From Octopus bimaculoides (Eukaryota): a DNA stretch of 59,879 nucleotides. Each line of letters opens with the position of its first letter. Position 1 is the stretch's first letter. Positions 39,075 to 52,292 of the stretch are shown piece after piece. The notes under the pieces were generated by a model. The model saw only the letters and a list, made by a program, of their open reading frames with translations, was not told the origin of the DNA and ran no database searches. The position numbers and the translations under genes are program-made. Location of the stretch: positions 18,824,621 through 18,884,499 of the forward strand of contig NC_069001.1 of assembly GCF_001194135.2 (NCBI RefSeq). The letters run 5' to 3'.

Positions 39075-39380
39075 TATCAGCACTCCATCAGTTATGATAG
39101 TGATGGTTCCAGTTGATCCAATCAACGGAACAGCCTGCTCATGAAATAAACATGTAAGTGACTGAGCACTCAACAGGCATGTGTATCCTTAATGTAGTTC
39201 TCAAGGAGATTCTGTGTGACACAGAATGTGATAAGGTTGGCCTTTTGAATTTACAAGTACAGCTCAATTTTGCTAGCTGAATTGACTGGAGTTATGTTTT
39301 GCTCAAGGAAAACAACATGCCACCAGGAATTGGACACATGACCTTACAATCACGAGCCAAATACTTTAACCACTAAGCCA
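39075..39380 (-). mobile_element. Third SINE family copy
   Basis: Reverse complement is similar to 36837-37070. Confidence 0.65.
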
Positions 39381-40496
39381 TAGGACTTTTTTTTTCTCAT
39401 GTATACATATGTACATACATACACATGAAATGGTATGTATGTATAAAACCCGTCACAAAATACCTCACAGACCACCCCTTCCTAAAGGGCAGTAACTCTG
39501 ACACAGAGCTGCCCCCTATAATTGTTCTAGTGTTGATGGCACCATAAAATGCACCCAACCCATCTGTAAAGTAATGGGAAGGTTACCAGGCTGAAAAAAC
39601 CCATTCCAAAAAAACAAGGTTGTGTTGTTTTGTGTGACAGATAACAAGGGTGTGCAGCTGTAATGAGTAGTAAGATACTATGTAACTCATGCACACACAC
39701 ACACCTGCATTATTTGCTATTGTTATCAAGTTGTTGAAAAACAACAGAAACATACATACATTTTCTGATAAAACGACTCAAAACCTGAAGTGGAAATTAT
39801 TGATAATATTTCACTTGACTGGGACCTCAGTGAATAAGCCATCAAGGGTGAAATGTGAGGACCCAGTCAAAGGGTGAGAATAAAGAACCAGTCCTGGGGT
39901 GGTAGAGTGACAGAATCATGATATCTATTCCTGCTCTTTGAGTTCTAAGTTCAAATTCTGTTTAGAGATTTCAATCCTACCAATAGCCAGGATTAATCAT
40001 CAGACCATAACAGATTAGAAAAGCAATAGCATGTAGTGAAAGATTGTAGCCTCCTGATAACACCTGATTGATGGTGGTGATGGTGTCTGTGGTAGTGGCT
40101 AATAATGCTGTTGGTGGTGGTACTATTGATGATGATGATGATGACGGGATGATGACTGTTATTTTCAGAATTGTACTTGCCTGACCAGTCGTTTCCTCTG
40201 TAAAAGTGAGTTGTAAACAAAGCAAATACAGTGTGGAAGATTCACAAAAGCCATACACAACATGCATGCAAAGGCACAAAACATACAACATACACACATA
40301 GATGTACACAAACATATACACCAAGAGATATCACACACACACACACACACACAACTGCTGTACAGTGTCCACTTTCGTTATACATTCTGTTAGATGACAT
40401 TGTACACCTGTGTTGTGTTAATATGACCAGGTTAGAGTTGGACAACAAACCATTTTGACATTAATGATGAGTTTTATTATGACATTTATGATGAGT

Positions 40497-40713
40497 TAGA
40501 CTACCTGTGACCTGTTGGATCACCAGTAGTTCGAAGTACCTGAACCTCCTTCCTATCTCAAGAACCAGTGGTCTGATTTACGTGAAACTTGTTTTATTCT
40601 GTTTGTATTCACATTTTAGGGACACTTTACTTTCAAATTATTTTACCATTATGCGCCATTTGGCTGAGTAACATTCCAAGCAAGCAAGATTGAGGTTCAT
40701 TTTTAATAGTATA
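40497..40713 (-). mobile_element. Short internally deleted Helitron derivative
   Basis: Shares both ends with the 40714-41567 copy; 3' hairpin followed by ctaa. Confidence 0.6.
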
Positions 40714-41567
40714 CTAGACTACCCATGACCTTGTTAGGTCACCAAGAAAGTCTGAGTTTCCCAGCAATGGAGTTTTGTTTCATGGGTTTTTTTTTCTTTT
40801 CCAGGTTATTTTGCATACTTTCAATGAATGTGACATTGAAATCATGCATAAGCAGCTCCTTTCCCTAGAAAAGGAAAGATTTGGCTGCTATTTCTTGCAC
40901 GTCGTGCTACCACATAACAAGTATTTTGGGTCCTTTATCGCAAATAGCAGTTACGTGGTAGCAGGGCATGCTAGAAATAGCAGCCAGATCTTTGGAAGTG
41001 AGATACATTGAATGCACTCAAAAAATACCCATGGAAAAAAATTATTTCACACTGAGGTTACGAATGGGTCTTTTACAAAATGTTTATGCCAAAAAGAATT
41101 TTTGTAATGGTATTCACTTGAAAATAATTTTAAAAACAATTAAAATATTGTCTGTTTAAAGAAAGTTAAAATATAATTACTTATTGTACAAGCAGCTTAT
41201 ATTTTTGAGATCACACTCACTCAAAAATATTTCTAAATGATTAAAATAGTGTGTTTAACAAAAGTGAAAATAGAAACATTTTTTGTTGTCAAGTCACTGT
41301 ATAATCGAAAGGTATTTTAATCCTTCCAGGATTAAGATAATTTTGGAGACTTTTCCCGTAATGCATCGTTTTGGATATTTATACCCTGAAAACCTTTAAT
41401 ATCTTCACAACTACTTATCCAATTTACATGAAATTTGTTTCATTCTGCTTGTATTTATATTTCAGGGGAGACTTAATTCATAGTATTTTCCCATTATGCG
41501 CTGGTTTGCCTGAGTAACATTGCAAGCAAGCAAGCAAGATTCAATCTGACTTTTAATGTATTATAGA
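40714..41567 (-). mobile_element. Non-autonomous Helitron
   Basis: 5' TCTATAATACATTAAAAG plus (TTGC)n. 3' hairpin tgacc-taacaa-ggtca then CTAG. Flanked by A40713 and T41568. Confidence 0.85.
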
Positions 41568-41815
41568 TAGATAGTACATAAGTTATATAGTATATATAGT
41601 GTATAGATAGCTTATCAGTATTATATCTGTATCTAATAACAACAGTTACTAAATAAACAATTATATAGTTATGTATGTGTGCATATGTGCATGTATGTGT
41701 GTATATATGTATATGTGTGTGTGTATGTATACATGTATGTGTATATATGTGAATATATATATGTGTGTGTATATATATGTGTGCATATATATATATATGT
41801 ATATGTGTGTATACA

Positions 41816-41868
<53 letters not shown>

Positions 41869-43126
41869 GGTAAATGAAAGATGGAAGATACGAGAATTAT
41901 TATTAATCACTACAATTATTTGAACACATCTAACATCGATCCCTCATGGGTGGGACACTTAACAACTGGTTCAGGATCATCTGATGATGTTGATGTGTCT
42001 CTTTGGGTGATAAGTAGATATAACTCATTAAAATAACAGTTCCACAATGTATTTTCTCATTTTATGTAAAGAAAAGTAGCAAATATACAAGATCAATAAT
42101 AAAATAACATGCAAAAAAGAAATGAACATGTAGTACAGCGAAAAAATATTAAAAAGACTCGTATAAGTTGTATGGCGCATGTACACTTGCTCATACAAGC
42201 ATACGTGAAGATGCAAGCATACGTGAAGATGCAAGCATACGCATGTGTGGTTTGGTGCACATATGTTCACATAGCAAGTTAGGTTGCTACTTGATGTTTA
42301 CAAGAACTAGTGGGACCTGTGAATATTTCATGGAATTAACAGTAAACCTATTGGGTTATTCCTGAAAATTTTATCCAAACAACCTGAAAGCGAAGCCTGT
42401 GTTGTGTCTATCAAAAGATAGTCACTCATCTGCTATTCATTGAAAAGTGAAGAAAATTGGAATATGATGATTACTTAATGCAATTTATATATATACTTTA
42501 TGCACAATTTTATAGACTTAATACTCAGCACTTTTGAAATAGATATTCACTCTTATTTTTCCATTTCCCCCATAAAACAATAAATTACATTAAAAAATTT
42601 CATAGTAAGAAAAATTATTTTATATTTCACGGGGGTAAAAATTTGATGCAATATGGTATACTCTGAAACCTACATCATCGGTAACTTATAAGCCAAGGCA
42701 ATGGATTAGAGCCAATGCATATTTCAATTTGCGTACACCTTTCAATCCAGTACTTCTTTGCAGACTATGTTCTTCATGTAAGTTTTCCCTCTTCTTTTCC
42801 CTTGTTTGTCAGTGTTGATAACTTCAACTCTTACATCAGATTGTATGTGAGTCCTTGAGAATGCAACATATAGCTAACTATGACCGAATACAGGTTCAGG
42901 CAAGAACAGCGCCATTTTATCAAATGTCTACCCTTGTGATTTATTGATAGTCATTGCATATGACATGTGGATGGGAAACTGGTTTCTTTCTAAAGTGAAT
43001 GGCAAGTTTGGGATGTGCATGTGTTAAGTGATAGGTGATTTAAAAAACTTAGTTCAATTTTTTTTAAAATTACTTTTCACTATGCACTCACCACCACCAA
43101 CATGTCTCTCTATCTCCCTTTTTCTT

Positions 43127-43163
<37 letters not shown>

Positions 43164-43554
43164 CTTCCCTTCTTTAATCTCACCATCAGAACATCACCCC
43201 TCTACTAAAATTATATTTCTATTTCTCTTTCTTTATATCACTACCTTCAACTAACATTTTTAACCACGTAATAAATATTATGTTCTCCCTACAACATGTC
43301 ATGGATGTTTTTCTCTCCGTCTTTTCACTCTCCCTCCTTTTCTTTCTCTCTTTTTCTGCATCTTTGCCTTATCCTCATTTTCATTCTCCCTCTTTTTCTC
43401 TAATCATGTGAAAGTGTTACCGAAGGGCTAAGTAACGTAATGACAAGCAGATTTATTATAAGATGGGGAGGTTAAAGCCAAATTTAATTGATCCATACCT
43501 TAAAGTAACTTATGTTAACATTTACTCAAATTCATTCCTACTGCATTGTGCGAA

Positions 43555-43960
43555 AGTTCATTTATAATTTATATGCATGTAGGCATCTTCATTTAGAAAT
43601 TCTATTAATGATCTTCTCATTGGTCCACAGAATAGACAGGGATTCCTCAGAGCAGAGTCGGCATCTCTTGGAAATGATATTATATGATTTTGCATCCCTT
43701 GCTATGGACCAAGTTATGTTATACTTAATTTGACCTTCCTTAAGTCACTGCACAAAATTGGCCAAAGATGTTGAATGTCTCTTGATTTTCTTGAAGCTGA
43801 CAACATGGTTACGATAATGATTCTTGAATGAATCAGCTGTCAGCCCAATATAAACATACAGTCCTCTGTTTGTGTGCACAGTACATTTATATACAAGATT
43901 TATACTCATACAGAGGTTCATCGATGGTCATTTTGATTTTTCTCTGCATGAGCATTTGTT
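43555..43960 (-). pseudogene. Penelope-like GIY-YIG endonuclease remnant (Neptune-like)
   Basis: CSCR..NLVYKCTV..VYIGLTADSFKNHYRNHVVSFKK..STSL..KYNITWSI..SKRCRLC; contains stops. Confidence 0.85.
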
Positions 43961-44583
43961 ATATTTATTTGTATATATGGCAATTCTGACTTTATTTTCC
44001 AACGTTATTACTGCGTTAGCTATATCAGTCATTTTTACTATCGTGATTTGACCATATTTGGTGCTTTTCATTGTAGTTTACATCTCCTTTGTTTACACAC
44101 ACACACACACACATATATATTCTTCGTTTCTTTCATTTTTTTCAGTCGTATGACTGCAGTCATGCTGGAGCACCACCTTGAAGGGTTGTTTTAGTTGAGC
44201 AAATCAACCTCAGGACTTATTTTTTAAGCCTAGTACTTATGCTATTAGTCTCTTTTGTTGAACCACTAAGTTACAGGGATGTAAGCACACCAACACTGGT
44301 TGTCAAGCAGTGATGGGGGCAAACACTGACACAAAGACTCACACACACACACACACATATATAGGAGGTTATGAGCAATAGTGGTGTCAATTAGACCCAG
44401 AGGTTTCAGGTAATGCTGAGTAAGTGCTATGGATAGACCATAGTTAAGCTCCAGGTTCAGTGATTATGTGAATAAGGGGTCCAACGTAGGTCATATATCA
44501 GCGTGTGAATATAAGGATTTACTTTTTCGTAATGAGATAAAAAGCCAAGGCTGTGTGCATTATAAAACATTTATAAATAGAAG

Positions 44584-44631
44584 GTCTTACAGCTGTTTCC
44601 AGGATATTTATTATATCCCTTCATTGGAGAC
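44584..44631 (-). ncRNA. Near-intact minimal type I hammerhead-like motif
   Basis: gtct CCAATGA ag ggatat aataa atatcc tg GAAA cagctg TA agac: all three stems pair; core differs from consensus at positions 4 and 5. Confidence 0.65.
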
Positions 44632-44714
44632 GGTGTGAGAGGATCGTTAAGCAATAGTTAATTTAGATAAGATAGGAAATACAATATCCCTGCATTCAAT
44701 CTCTATTTCCTGGC

Positions 44715-44951
44715 AATGAAAGCTGGTGTTTCAGAATTTGCAGATGTAGGAGACGTGAAGGGAAAAACGGCGGAGGCATTAAAAGGCATCACTTTGCACC
44801 AGTTCTAGCACTGCTTCCAACAGTGGAAAACACATCTGGGCTGATGCATTGCTTCAAATGGAGAATATTTTGAAGGTGATAAAAGTGTAAACATGTAAAA
44901 CTAAGTGAATAAAATATTGCAAAATTCCAGTTTCTTTTGGGTACTCCCTTG
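44715..44951 (+). mobile_element. Mariner 3' fragment
   Basis: FADVGDVKGKTAEALKGI..CFQQWK..CIASNGEYFEGD, then a terminal ..gggtactcccttg|TA. Confidence 0.8.
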
Positions 44952-45413
44952 TATATGCATGGAGGAGATTTGGTTGTGGTTGTGTGTGTGAATGAGTGAA
45001 ATCAACTTGAGAGAGAGAGTGTGTGTATGTGTATGTTGATGATGGTGGCAGTTGCTGTGTATGTGTGTATGCATATATTGTATCCATGTGTAAATCTCGG
45101 TTATCATGTGTGTGTGTGTGTATATTTATGTGTATGTATATCTTACAGTGTGCATTTGTATTTTACTTTATGCTATATTTTACTTGTGTGTGTGTTGTTT
45201 TTATTTCTCTATAAACAAAGTTCCTAATATTGTTGAACCAAATCTTTCTCCATTGTCTTTCTCAAGCCCCTGAACCCTCCCCCCTACTTCCACTGTATCT
45301 TACTACACACCCATTAACCCCTACCCATGATTTTACTTCATACAATACCACCATGGAACATTGCTTCCCCCTTTCTCTGTGTCTATCCATCTCTCTCTTT
45401 CTCTCCCCCTTTC

Positions 45414-45455
<42 letters not shown>

Positions 45456-46282
45456 CACGAATTATTAAAGTACAACTGTATCTCACCATCCAGACAGTCA
45501 GACTACCAACCTCACTATCACCCAAATATCAACCTTTTTATTTGTACAATTCAGTGTGCACCCTTATCCATCAATACCTACTCAACTTGCTAGTAATAGC
45601 AGTTACATCTCCCTCAAAATACTGCATACCATCTTCAACAAGGGGTGGAGATACATTGCATAATGTAATCCAAGACAGACAATGTTCAAGAGAAAGCTAG
45701 GAAGGGCGTGACTGGAATATTTTTTATTAAAGTTTGCTCCATCAGGGCCTCAACAACAACAACATTTGTTGCTAGTCAATGAAATATTCACTAACACCTA
45801 GAGTGGAGCACTGAGACATAAACCCATTTGTGTGAAAGTTCTCATTGATTTTGACCAATAAACTGCTGTCACTTAATGTTGGTGTTGTCAACTGGATCAA
45901 TGCTGCAACTATGGATTTTCTTTATCCATCTCATGAAAAACTAATACAATTTTATGTTTGTAACTGGTGGTGGTGGGAGGGTCTGCAACAGGTGGTGGGG
46001 TGTCTGGGGAGGGTTCTGCAACTGGTGATGGTGGTGGTGATGGTGGAGAAGATCTGCTTTGTTATTTACATTATTATATTTTTTATTCCCTTTTTAGCGT
46101 TGCAACTTTTAATATTACATTTTCTTTCTTGCTTGTTGGCTATAGAATAGTTAAAACTTCTTACTTGGAATGGGTTTTTTCCCCTATTTTGGTAACAAAA
46201 TAGCAGGGGTGAGAAGAATAATTGATGGCTGTTATTGCCAGAGAAGCTAAAGACCCAGTTTAAGTGACATGGTAATAATGAT

Positions 46283-46650
46283 AATTTTTGGCACAAGGCC
46301 AGCAATTTTGTGGAAGGAGCAACTGGTACCATATCTTATCAGCCCTGAAAAGATGAAAGGCATAGTTGACCTCAGCTGAATTTGAACTCAGAACATAAAA
46401 CCAGAAAAAATATTGCTAATCATTTTGCCCAGCATGTTGATTCTGCCACCTTGATAATAATAGTTCTTTCTACTATAGGTATAAGGCTTACAATTTTAGG
46501 GGCTAGTTGATTATACCAACTCCAGTGCTTAACTGGCACTTATTTTATTGATCCTGCATTAAACTCAGCATGTAAAGAGCTGGAAGAAGGCTGCTAAGCA
46601 TTTTGTCCCAGCATGCTAATGATTCTTCCAGTTTGCCATCTTTTAATAAT
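46283..46650 (-). mobile_element. Two tandem SINE copies (13589 family)
   Basis: Reverse complement is similar to the 13589-14438 units. Confidence 0.65.
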
Positions 46651-46892
46651 AACTAGCAGGACCCATCAACATTCTACAGTGCAAGTCAGCATCTCTAACA
46701 ATATGTTAATGTATTAATCACAAGCAAAGCATTTCAAAAAATTCTTTTCAAATTCTCTCATTTAATAAAAACTGTATTTTTAGATGTAATTGAAATGAAC
46801 TTAGAAGAGTATTGATTATTTACCTTTTTTTCATGTTTTACCAGATATTATGTAGTTTATAGTTTAAAGAAATAAAAGATGAATTAAAAGGA

Positions 46893-47269
46893 TAAAATTT
46901 AGGTGTGGTTGCGTGGTAAGAATCTTACTTCCCAACCACATGGTTCATGGTTCTTGCACCCGAGCAAGTGTCTTCTACTATAGCAATGAGCTGGCCAAAG
47001 CTTTGTAAGTGGATTTGATAGAGGAAAACTGAAAGAAGCCCATTGTATATATGTGTGTTTTTGTGTCTATGTTTGTTCCTCCACCACCACTTGACAGCCT
47101 GTGTTTACATTCCTGTAACTTAGCAGTTCAGCAAGAAGATCAATAGAATAAGTACCAGGCTTTAAAAAAATAAAAAAGTACTGGTGTTGATTCATTTGAC
47201 TAAAAATTCTTCACAGTGGCACCCATCATGGTCACAGTTTAATGACTGAAATAAGTAAAAGATAAAAGA

Positions 47270-47270
<1 letters not shown>
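46893..47270 (+). mobile_element. tRNA-derived SINE (9287 family)
   Basis: Colinear with the 9287 copy. Confidence 0.85.
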
Positions 47271-47300
<30 letters not shown>

Positions 47301-48240
47301 NNNNNNNNNNNNNNNNNNNNNNNNNNNNNNNNNNNNNNNNNNNNNNNNNNNNNNNNNNNNNNNNNNNNNNNNNNNNNNNNNNNNNNNNNNNNNNNNNNNN
47401 NNNNNNNNNNNNNNNNNNNNNNNNNNNNNNNNNNNNNNNNNNNNNNNNNNNNNNNNNNNNNNNNNNNNNNNNNNNNNNNNNNNNNNNNNNNNNNNNNNNN
47501 NNNNNNNNNNNNNNNNNNNNNNNNNNNNNNNNNNNNNNNNNNNNNNNNNNNNNNNNNNNNNNNNNNNNNNNNNNNNNNNNNNNNNNNNNNNNNNNNNNNN
47601 NNNNNNNNNNNNNNNNNNNNNNNNNNNNNNNNNNNNNNNNNNNNNNNNNNNNNNNNNNNNNNNNNNNNNNNNNNNNNNNNNNNNNNNNNNNNNNNNNNNN
47701 NNNNNNNNNNNNNNNNNNNNNNNNNNNNNNNNNNNNNNNNNNNNNNNNNNNNNNNNNNNNNNNNNNNNNNNNNNNNNNNNNNNNNNNNNNNNNNNNNNNN
47801 NNNNNNNNNNNNNNNNNNNNNNNNNNNNNNNNNNNNNNNNNNNNNNNNNNNNNNNNNNNNNNNNNNNNNNNNNNNNNNNNNNNNNNNNNNNNNNNNNNNN
47901 NNNNNNNNNNNNNNNNNNNNNNNNNNNNNNNNNNNNNNNNNNNNNNNNNNNNNNNNNNNNNNNNNNNNNNNNNNNNNNNNNNNNNNNNNNNNNNNNNNNN
48001 NNNNNNNNNNNNNNNNNNNNNNNNNNNNNNNNNNNNNNNNNNNNNNNNNNNNNNNNNNNNNNNNNNNNNNNNNNNNNNNNNNNNNNNNNNNNNNNNNNNN
48101 NNNNNNNNNNNNNNNNNNNNNNNNNNNNNNNNNNNNNNNNNNNNNNNNNNNNNNNNNNNNNNNNNNNNNNNNNNNNNNNNNNNNNNNNNNNNNNNNNNNN
48201 NNNNNNNNNNNNNNNNNNNNNNNNNNNNNNNNNNNNNNNN
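47301..48240. other. Assembly gap
   Basis: 940 N. Confidence 1.
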
Positions 48241-48779
48241 TTAATTAACAGTTGTAAACATTAAAATTGAAATTTTTAATGCATCTTACCTGTTTGATTT
48301 GTTATTAAAATTATCCCAGATGGCAACCGACAAAAATTTTGCCACTTTTCAAGATGAAGTACATTAATTTGAATTAATTAAAGTACAGGTATAATCGGTA
48401 CAAGATTTTATTCTTTTGGTAAATATTTTGTTTCCAGAGTTAACTTATATATATATATATATATCTATATCTATATATATATATATATATATATAGTGAG
48501 TTCAAAGAAGAAAAATGACGAAAAAAACAACACTAAACAACAACGCATGGACATGATACAGATATTGTGTCACTGGACGCTCAGGAAAGGAAAGAAAGAG
48601 AATTTGATGTTTCGAGCGGAGCTCTTTGTAGGAAATATAGGAAAGTCCAAAGAAGGGAAGGTGGAGGAAGAAAAAATCGCAAACGATATACACGAGGTTA
48701 CATTGTGGAATGACCGGAAGGGAAAGGGTGGAGAAAAAGTTCTTTCTAAGACAGGAGAGTGCAAGAGAGAGAGAGGTAT

Positions 48780-49530
48780 GTAAGTGTGCGTGTGCACGGG
48801 TCCGTATGTGTGTGTGTGTAATAACAGCCCGTGTATGTGTGTGTGTGTGTGTGTGTCGCTTAACGTTGTAGAAGGAATTAGTAGCAGGAATTATTTGGGA
48901 GTGGTTTTGGACGATGGTCAGTAGAAAGTGAGCAAGCAGTTTTTAAGTATTTGTGTGTGCATGTATGTGTATGTTGTGTGAGTGTTTTTTTTTGTTGCAG
49001 TGTGTGCCTGTATCTGTGTTTGTATGCGTATATATGTGTGTGTGTATATGCTTGCTGTTTGCTCTGTGGATCGCATGTGGGTTATTTTGTGTGTGTGTGT
49101 GTATATGTGTGTAAGTCCATGTATGTATACTTAGGTGCATGTATGTGTTGGTGTTGTGTGTGGGTTCATTTGCATGTGAGTCCATGTATGTATACTTGGG
49201 TGTGTGTATATGTGAGTTCGTTTGTACATGTGTGTGTATGTGTCTTTTGTGTGTGTGTGCATGTGATGTGTGTGCGTGTGTGTAGACGGGGAGTTGTGTG
49301 TGGAGGTATGTGTGCATTTTTTCGCGCCTATGCACGTGTGTATGTGCATGTGTGTGCATGTGTGGATGTGCGTACGCATATGTGTGTGTGGGATTGTGAG
49401 TGTTAGGTACGTGTGTGTATATGTGTGTCTGTATGTGTGCATGTGTGTGTGTATATGTGTGTCTGTATGTGTGCATGTGTGTGTGTATGTTTTTTGTGCA
49501 TGCACGTGTATGTGTATGTATGGGTATATT
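48780..49530. repeat. Degenerate (GT)n-rich low-complexity tract
   Basis: Directly visible; source of the Cys/Val and His/Thr ORFs. Confidence 0.9.
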
Positions 49531-49544
49531 GTATATAGACATTA

Positions 49545-50600
49545 TGGAGGTATAGCAGACAATCGTCCCTGTATAGACCTCCATTTATGTTAGGGAACTG
49601 GTCAGCCATTTCATATAACAGGTCTCCAGGAGAATTTCCAATCATTATTCTTCCTTCAGGGATAGGAATACAGTTAATAGTACTAGTCTAAGTAAATTAA
49701 TCTGGAAACTGAAGGATTGCAATAAACAATTCTCTTTGAAATGGTCAATACTGGCTACCTCAATACCCTACGACAAAGGTAAGGATTTTTGTCCTCTTTG
49801 TAACTTGGAGCTTTTCCATATTCTGTTCTCCAAGAATTATCTAGTAAACCAGATAACACAGAGAGCATATAAATGCCAGCATTAGAGGAAACACACCTTC
49901 AGTTCTTATCGTTAATTTCATCCTTTTTACTAATTTTAGTTATTATTATTATTATTATTATTATTATTTTTTCACCATGACCTTCTCTCTAGTGGATGTC
50001 CGCCTTACAAGTGGTATGTACAATCTCCCAGCTTAGTATTTGCCTTTAACTTTGACAATAACAATAATAGTAACAACGATATTTAATTTATTTTTATATT
50101 TATTATTACAATAATAGTAACAATAACAGGAATAATATCATTTAAATATTATCTTAAATAATAATTATATCTGTCTCCAACGCCAGATGTTTTTACTTTT
50201 TCCCCTTCCATAGTTGGTTCATTTTTAAAGTTACTGTTGAATGTTTCCTAGCTTCATCTTCTGCAGCAAATCTCATTTCTATAGTGCTATATTGGTTTCT
50301 CCCTTGAAATACATGTTTTTGTGCACCTGATAGGTCTCAGATACCTTTCAATTTGTTGCTGTGTTGCTTAATTTTCTGCCTGGTATAGCTTATGGTTTTG
50401 TGTACCACAGTTTTTCTATTTGTGTCTTCCACTATGGTTTCAGGCATGTTAAGAGTAACTCTTCTTCCATTTCTGTATAATATACTTTTTGCATTCTTTA
50501 AATCATTCGCAAATGATTTTATATTTTCTTGTGTTTGGTGCCAAGGCTGGATTTTTAAATTGTTGTTTTCAGTATTTGTATTTATGTTAATGGTTGTTGG
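49545..50600 (-). pseudogene. Penelope-like RT remnants
   Basis: QFPNINGGLYRDDCL (PLE-type YRDD motif) at about 49560-49610; IKSFANDLKNAKSILYR upstream resembles a PLE N-terminal region. Heavily decayed. Confidence 0.6.
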
Positions 50601-51099
50601 TGGTTGTGGTTGAATTTTCAGGTGTTGTATGAACAATTTGCGTTTTCTTCTACTTGCTTTTCTTATTCGTTGTTGTTGTTCTTGTTGCTTCAGTCGGCAG
50701 TGGTGGTGTTTTCTATATCTTTTGTCTTTCCTTTTGTTTATCACCACAGTCACTATCATCATGATCACCATGACCATCATCAAAGTTTTCATCTTTCACC
50801 ATCATCATCACCATCATGGCCATTATATCACAATCATTATCATTACTGTCATGATTGCAACTATTATGGTCATCATCATCATCATCATCGCTTCAATCTT
50901 AATACCAATAACAAGACTTAGTTTCTCTCATTCAGTGCCTTCCTAGAAACCCCTATTGTGGTCACTTGACCTGCCAGTAAATTACAGGCAAGTCTCCCTC
51001 AAACTACACCACTAAAAAGGGTTCATCAGTTAAGGTAGTTCTTGGTTCCCTACATTTAAGAAAAAGATGGGATGGTCATGGCTAGGATACCTTTGATCA

Positions 51100-51772
51100 T
51101 CATCATCATCATCATCGTTTAACGTCCGCCTTCCATGCTAGCATGGGTTGGACGATTTGACTGAGGACTGGTGAAACCGGATGGCAACACCAGGCTCCAA
51201 TCTAATTTGGCAGAGTTTCTACAGCTGGATGCCCTTCCTAACGCCAACCACTCAGAGAGTGTAGTGGGTGCTTTTACGTGTCACCCACACGAAAACGGCC
51301 ACGCTCGAAATGGTGTCTTTTATGTGCCACCCGCACAAGAGCCAGTCCNNNNNNNNNNNNNNNNNNNNNNNNNNNNNNNNNNNNNNNNNNNNNNNNNNNN
51401 NNNNNNNNNNNNNNNNNNNNNNNNNNNNNNNNNNNNNNNNNNNNNNNNNNNNNNNNNNNNNNNNNNNNNNNNNNNNNNNNNNCTCGCACAAGAGCCAGTC
51501 CATGGGCACTGGCAACGATCTCGCATGAAGGATATCATGTGTCGCCCGCACATGAGCCAGTCCAGGGGCACTGACAACGATCCCGCTCGAAAGACTTCAT
51601 GTGTCGCCCGCACATGAGCCAGTCTGGGGGCACTGGCAACGATCCCGCTCGAAAGACCCCATGTGTCGCCCACACACGAGCCAGCCCGGGGGCACCGGCA
51701 ACGACCTCACTCGAAAAACCTTATGTGTCACCCGCAAGCCGGCCCAGGGGCACCGGCAACGATCTCGCTCAA
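51100..51772 (-). mobile_element. RTE 3' UTR fragment with a 62-bp minisatellite
   Basis: (GAT)n tail at about 51100; gagccag units start at 51492, 51554, 51616 and 51678. Contains a gap at 51349-51482. Confidence 0.85.
51349..51482. other. Assembly gap
   Basis: N run inside the minisatellite. Confidence 1.
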
Positions 51773-52292
51773 TCAAAGAGTAAATAATAACAACAACACT
51801 CTTCTACACTGAGATGGAAGTTGGTCCGTCTGTTGTGATACTCTGAGGAGTGGATTTAAACAGATAGGTTCTAAGCTGGATAGATATAAAGATAATTTTT
51901 GGGTAGATGCTTGGGGAGCTAGAGATAGTTTATATGGTTAAATAGGGAAAAGAGGTAACAGGTGGGTAAACAGAAACGAACTGAAGTGGTTATGTCAGTA
52001 AATACAGAGAGCAAATGGTGTCAGAACTGATAGAAGTTGACAAGGGTGCATGTATATACTATAGATCTATAGTATGTATATACTATACTATAGATCTATA
52101 CAAGAGGCTTCTTCAAGGCAAATACCTTAGTATTGTGGCTTTCTACAGTATAGCTATGTGAAGTAAGATATACAGATTGCTATTCTGAGCCAATACTGTT
52201 TCAGTTACTAATAAATCGGCTATTTAACAACATACATGGTTTTCTCAGGCTTTGCTTCTCTCTCCTTTTTCTTCTCTTTGAACTTTTTTCAC

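Noticed and set aside
43405-43445. gttac/gtaac hairpin downstream of the GIY-YIG relic as an HHR
   Set aside because: Neither catalytic strand is recognisable on either strand.
48290-48360. Exon candidates on both strands (MATDKNFATFQDE on plus; CAG|GTAAGA donor on minus)
   Set aside because: Short, mutually conflicting, no homology recognised, adjacent to a large gap.
50604-50946. Poly-His and hydrophobic ORFs
   Set aside because: (CAT)n and (GTT)n repeats.
51483-51772. Palindromic regular repeats as a CRISPR array
   Set aside because: Units are contiguous with no unique spacers, there are no cas genes, the context is eukaryotic, and it is part of an RTE 3' UTR.
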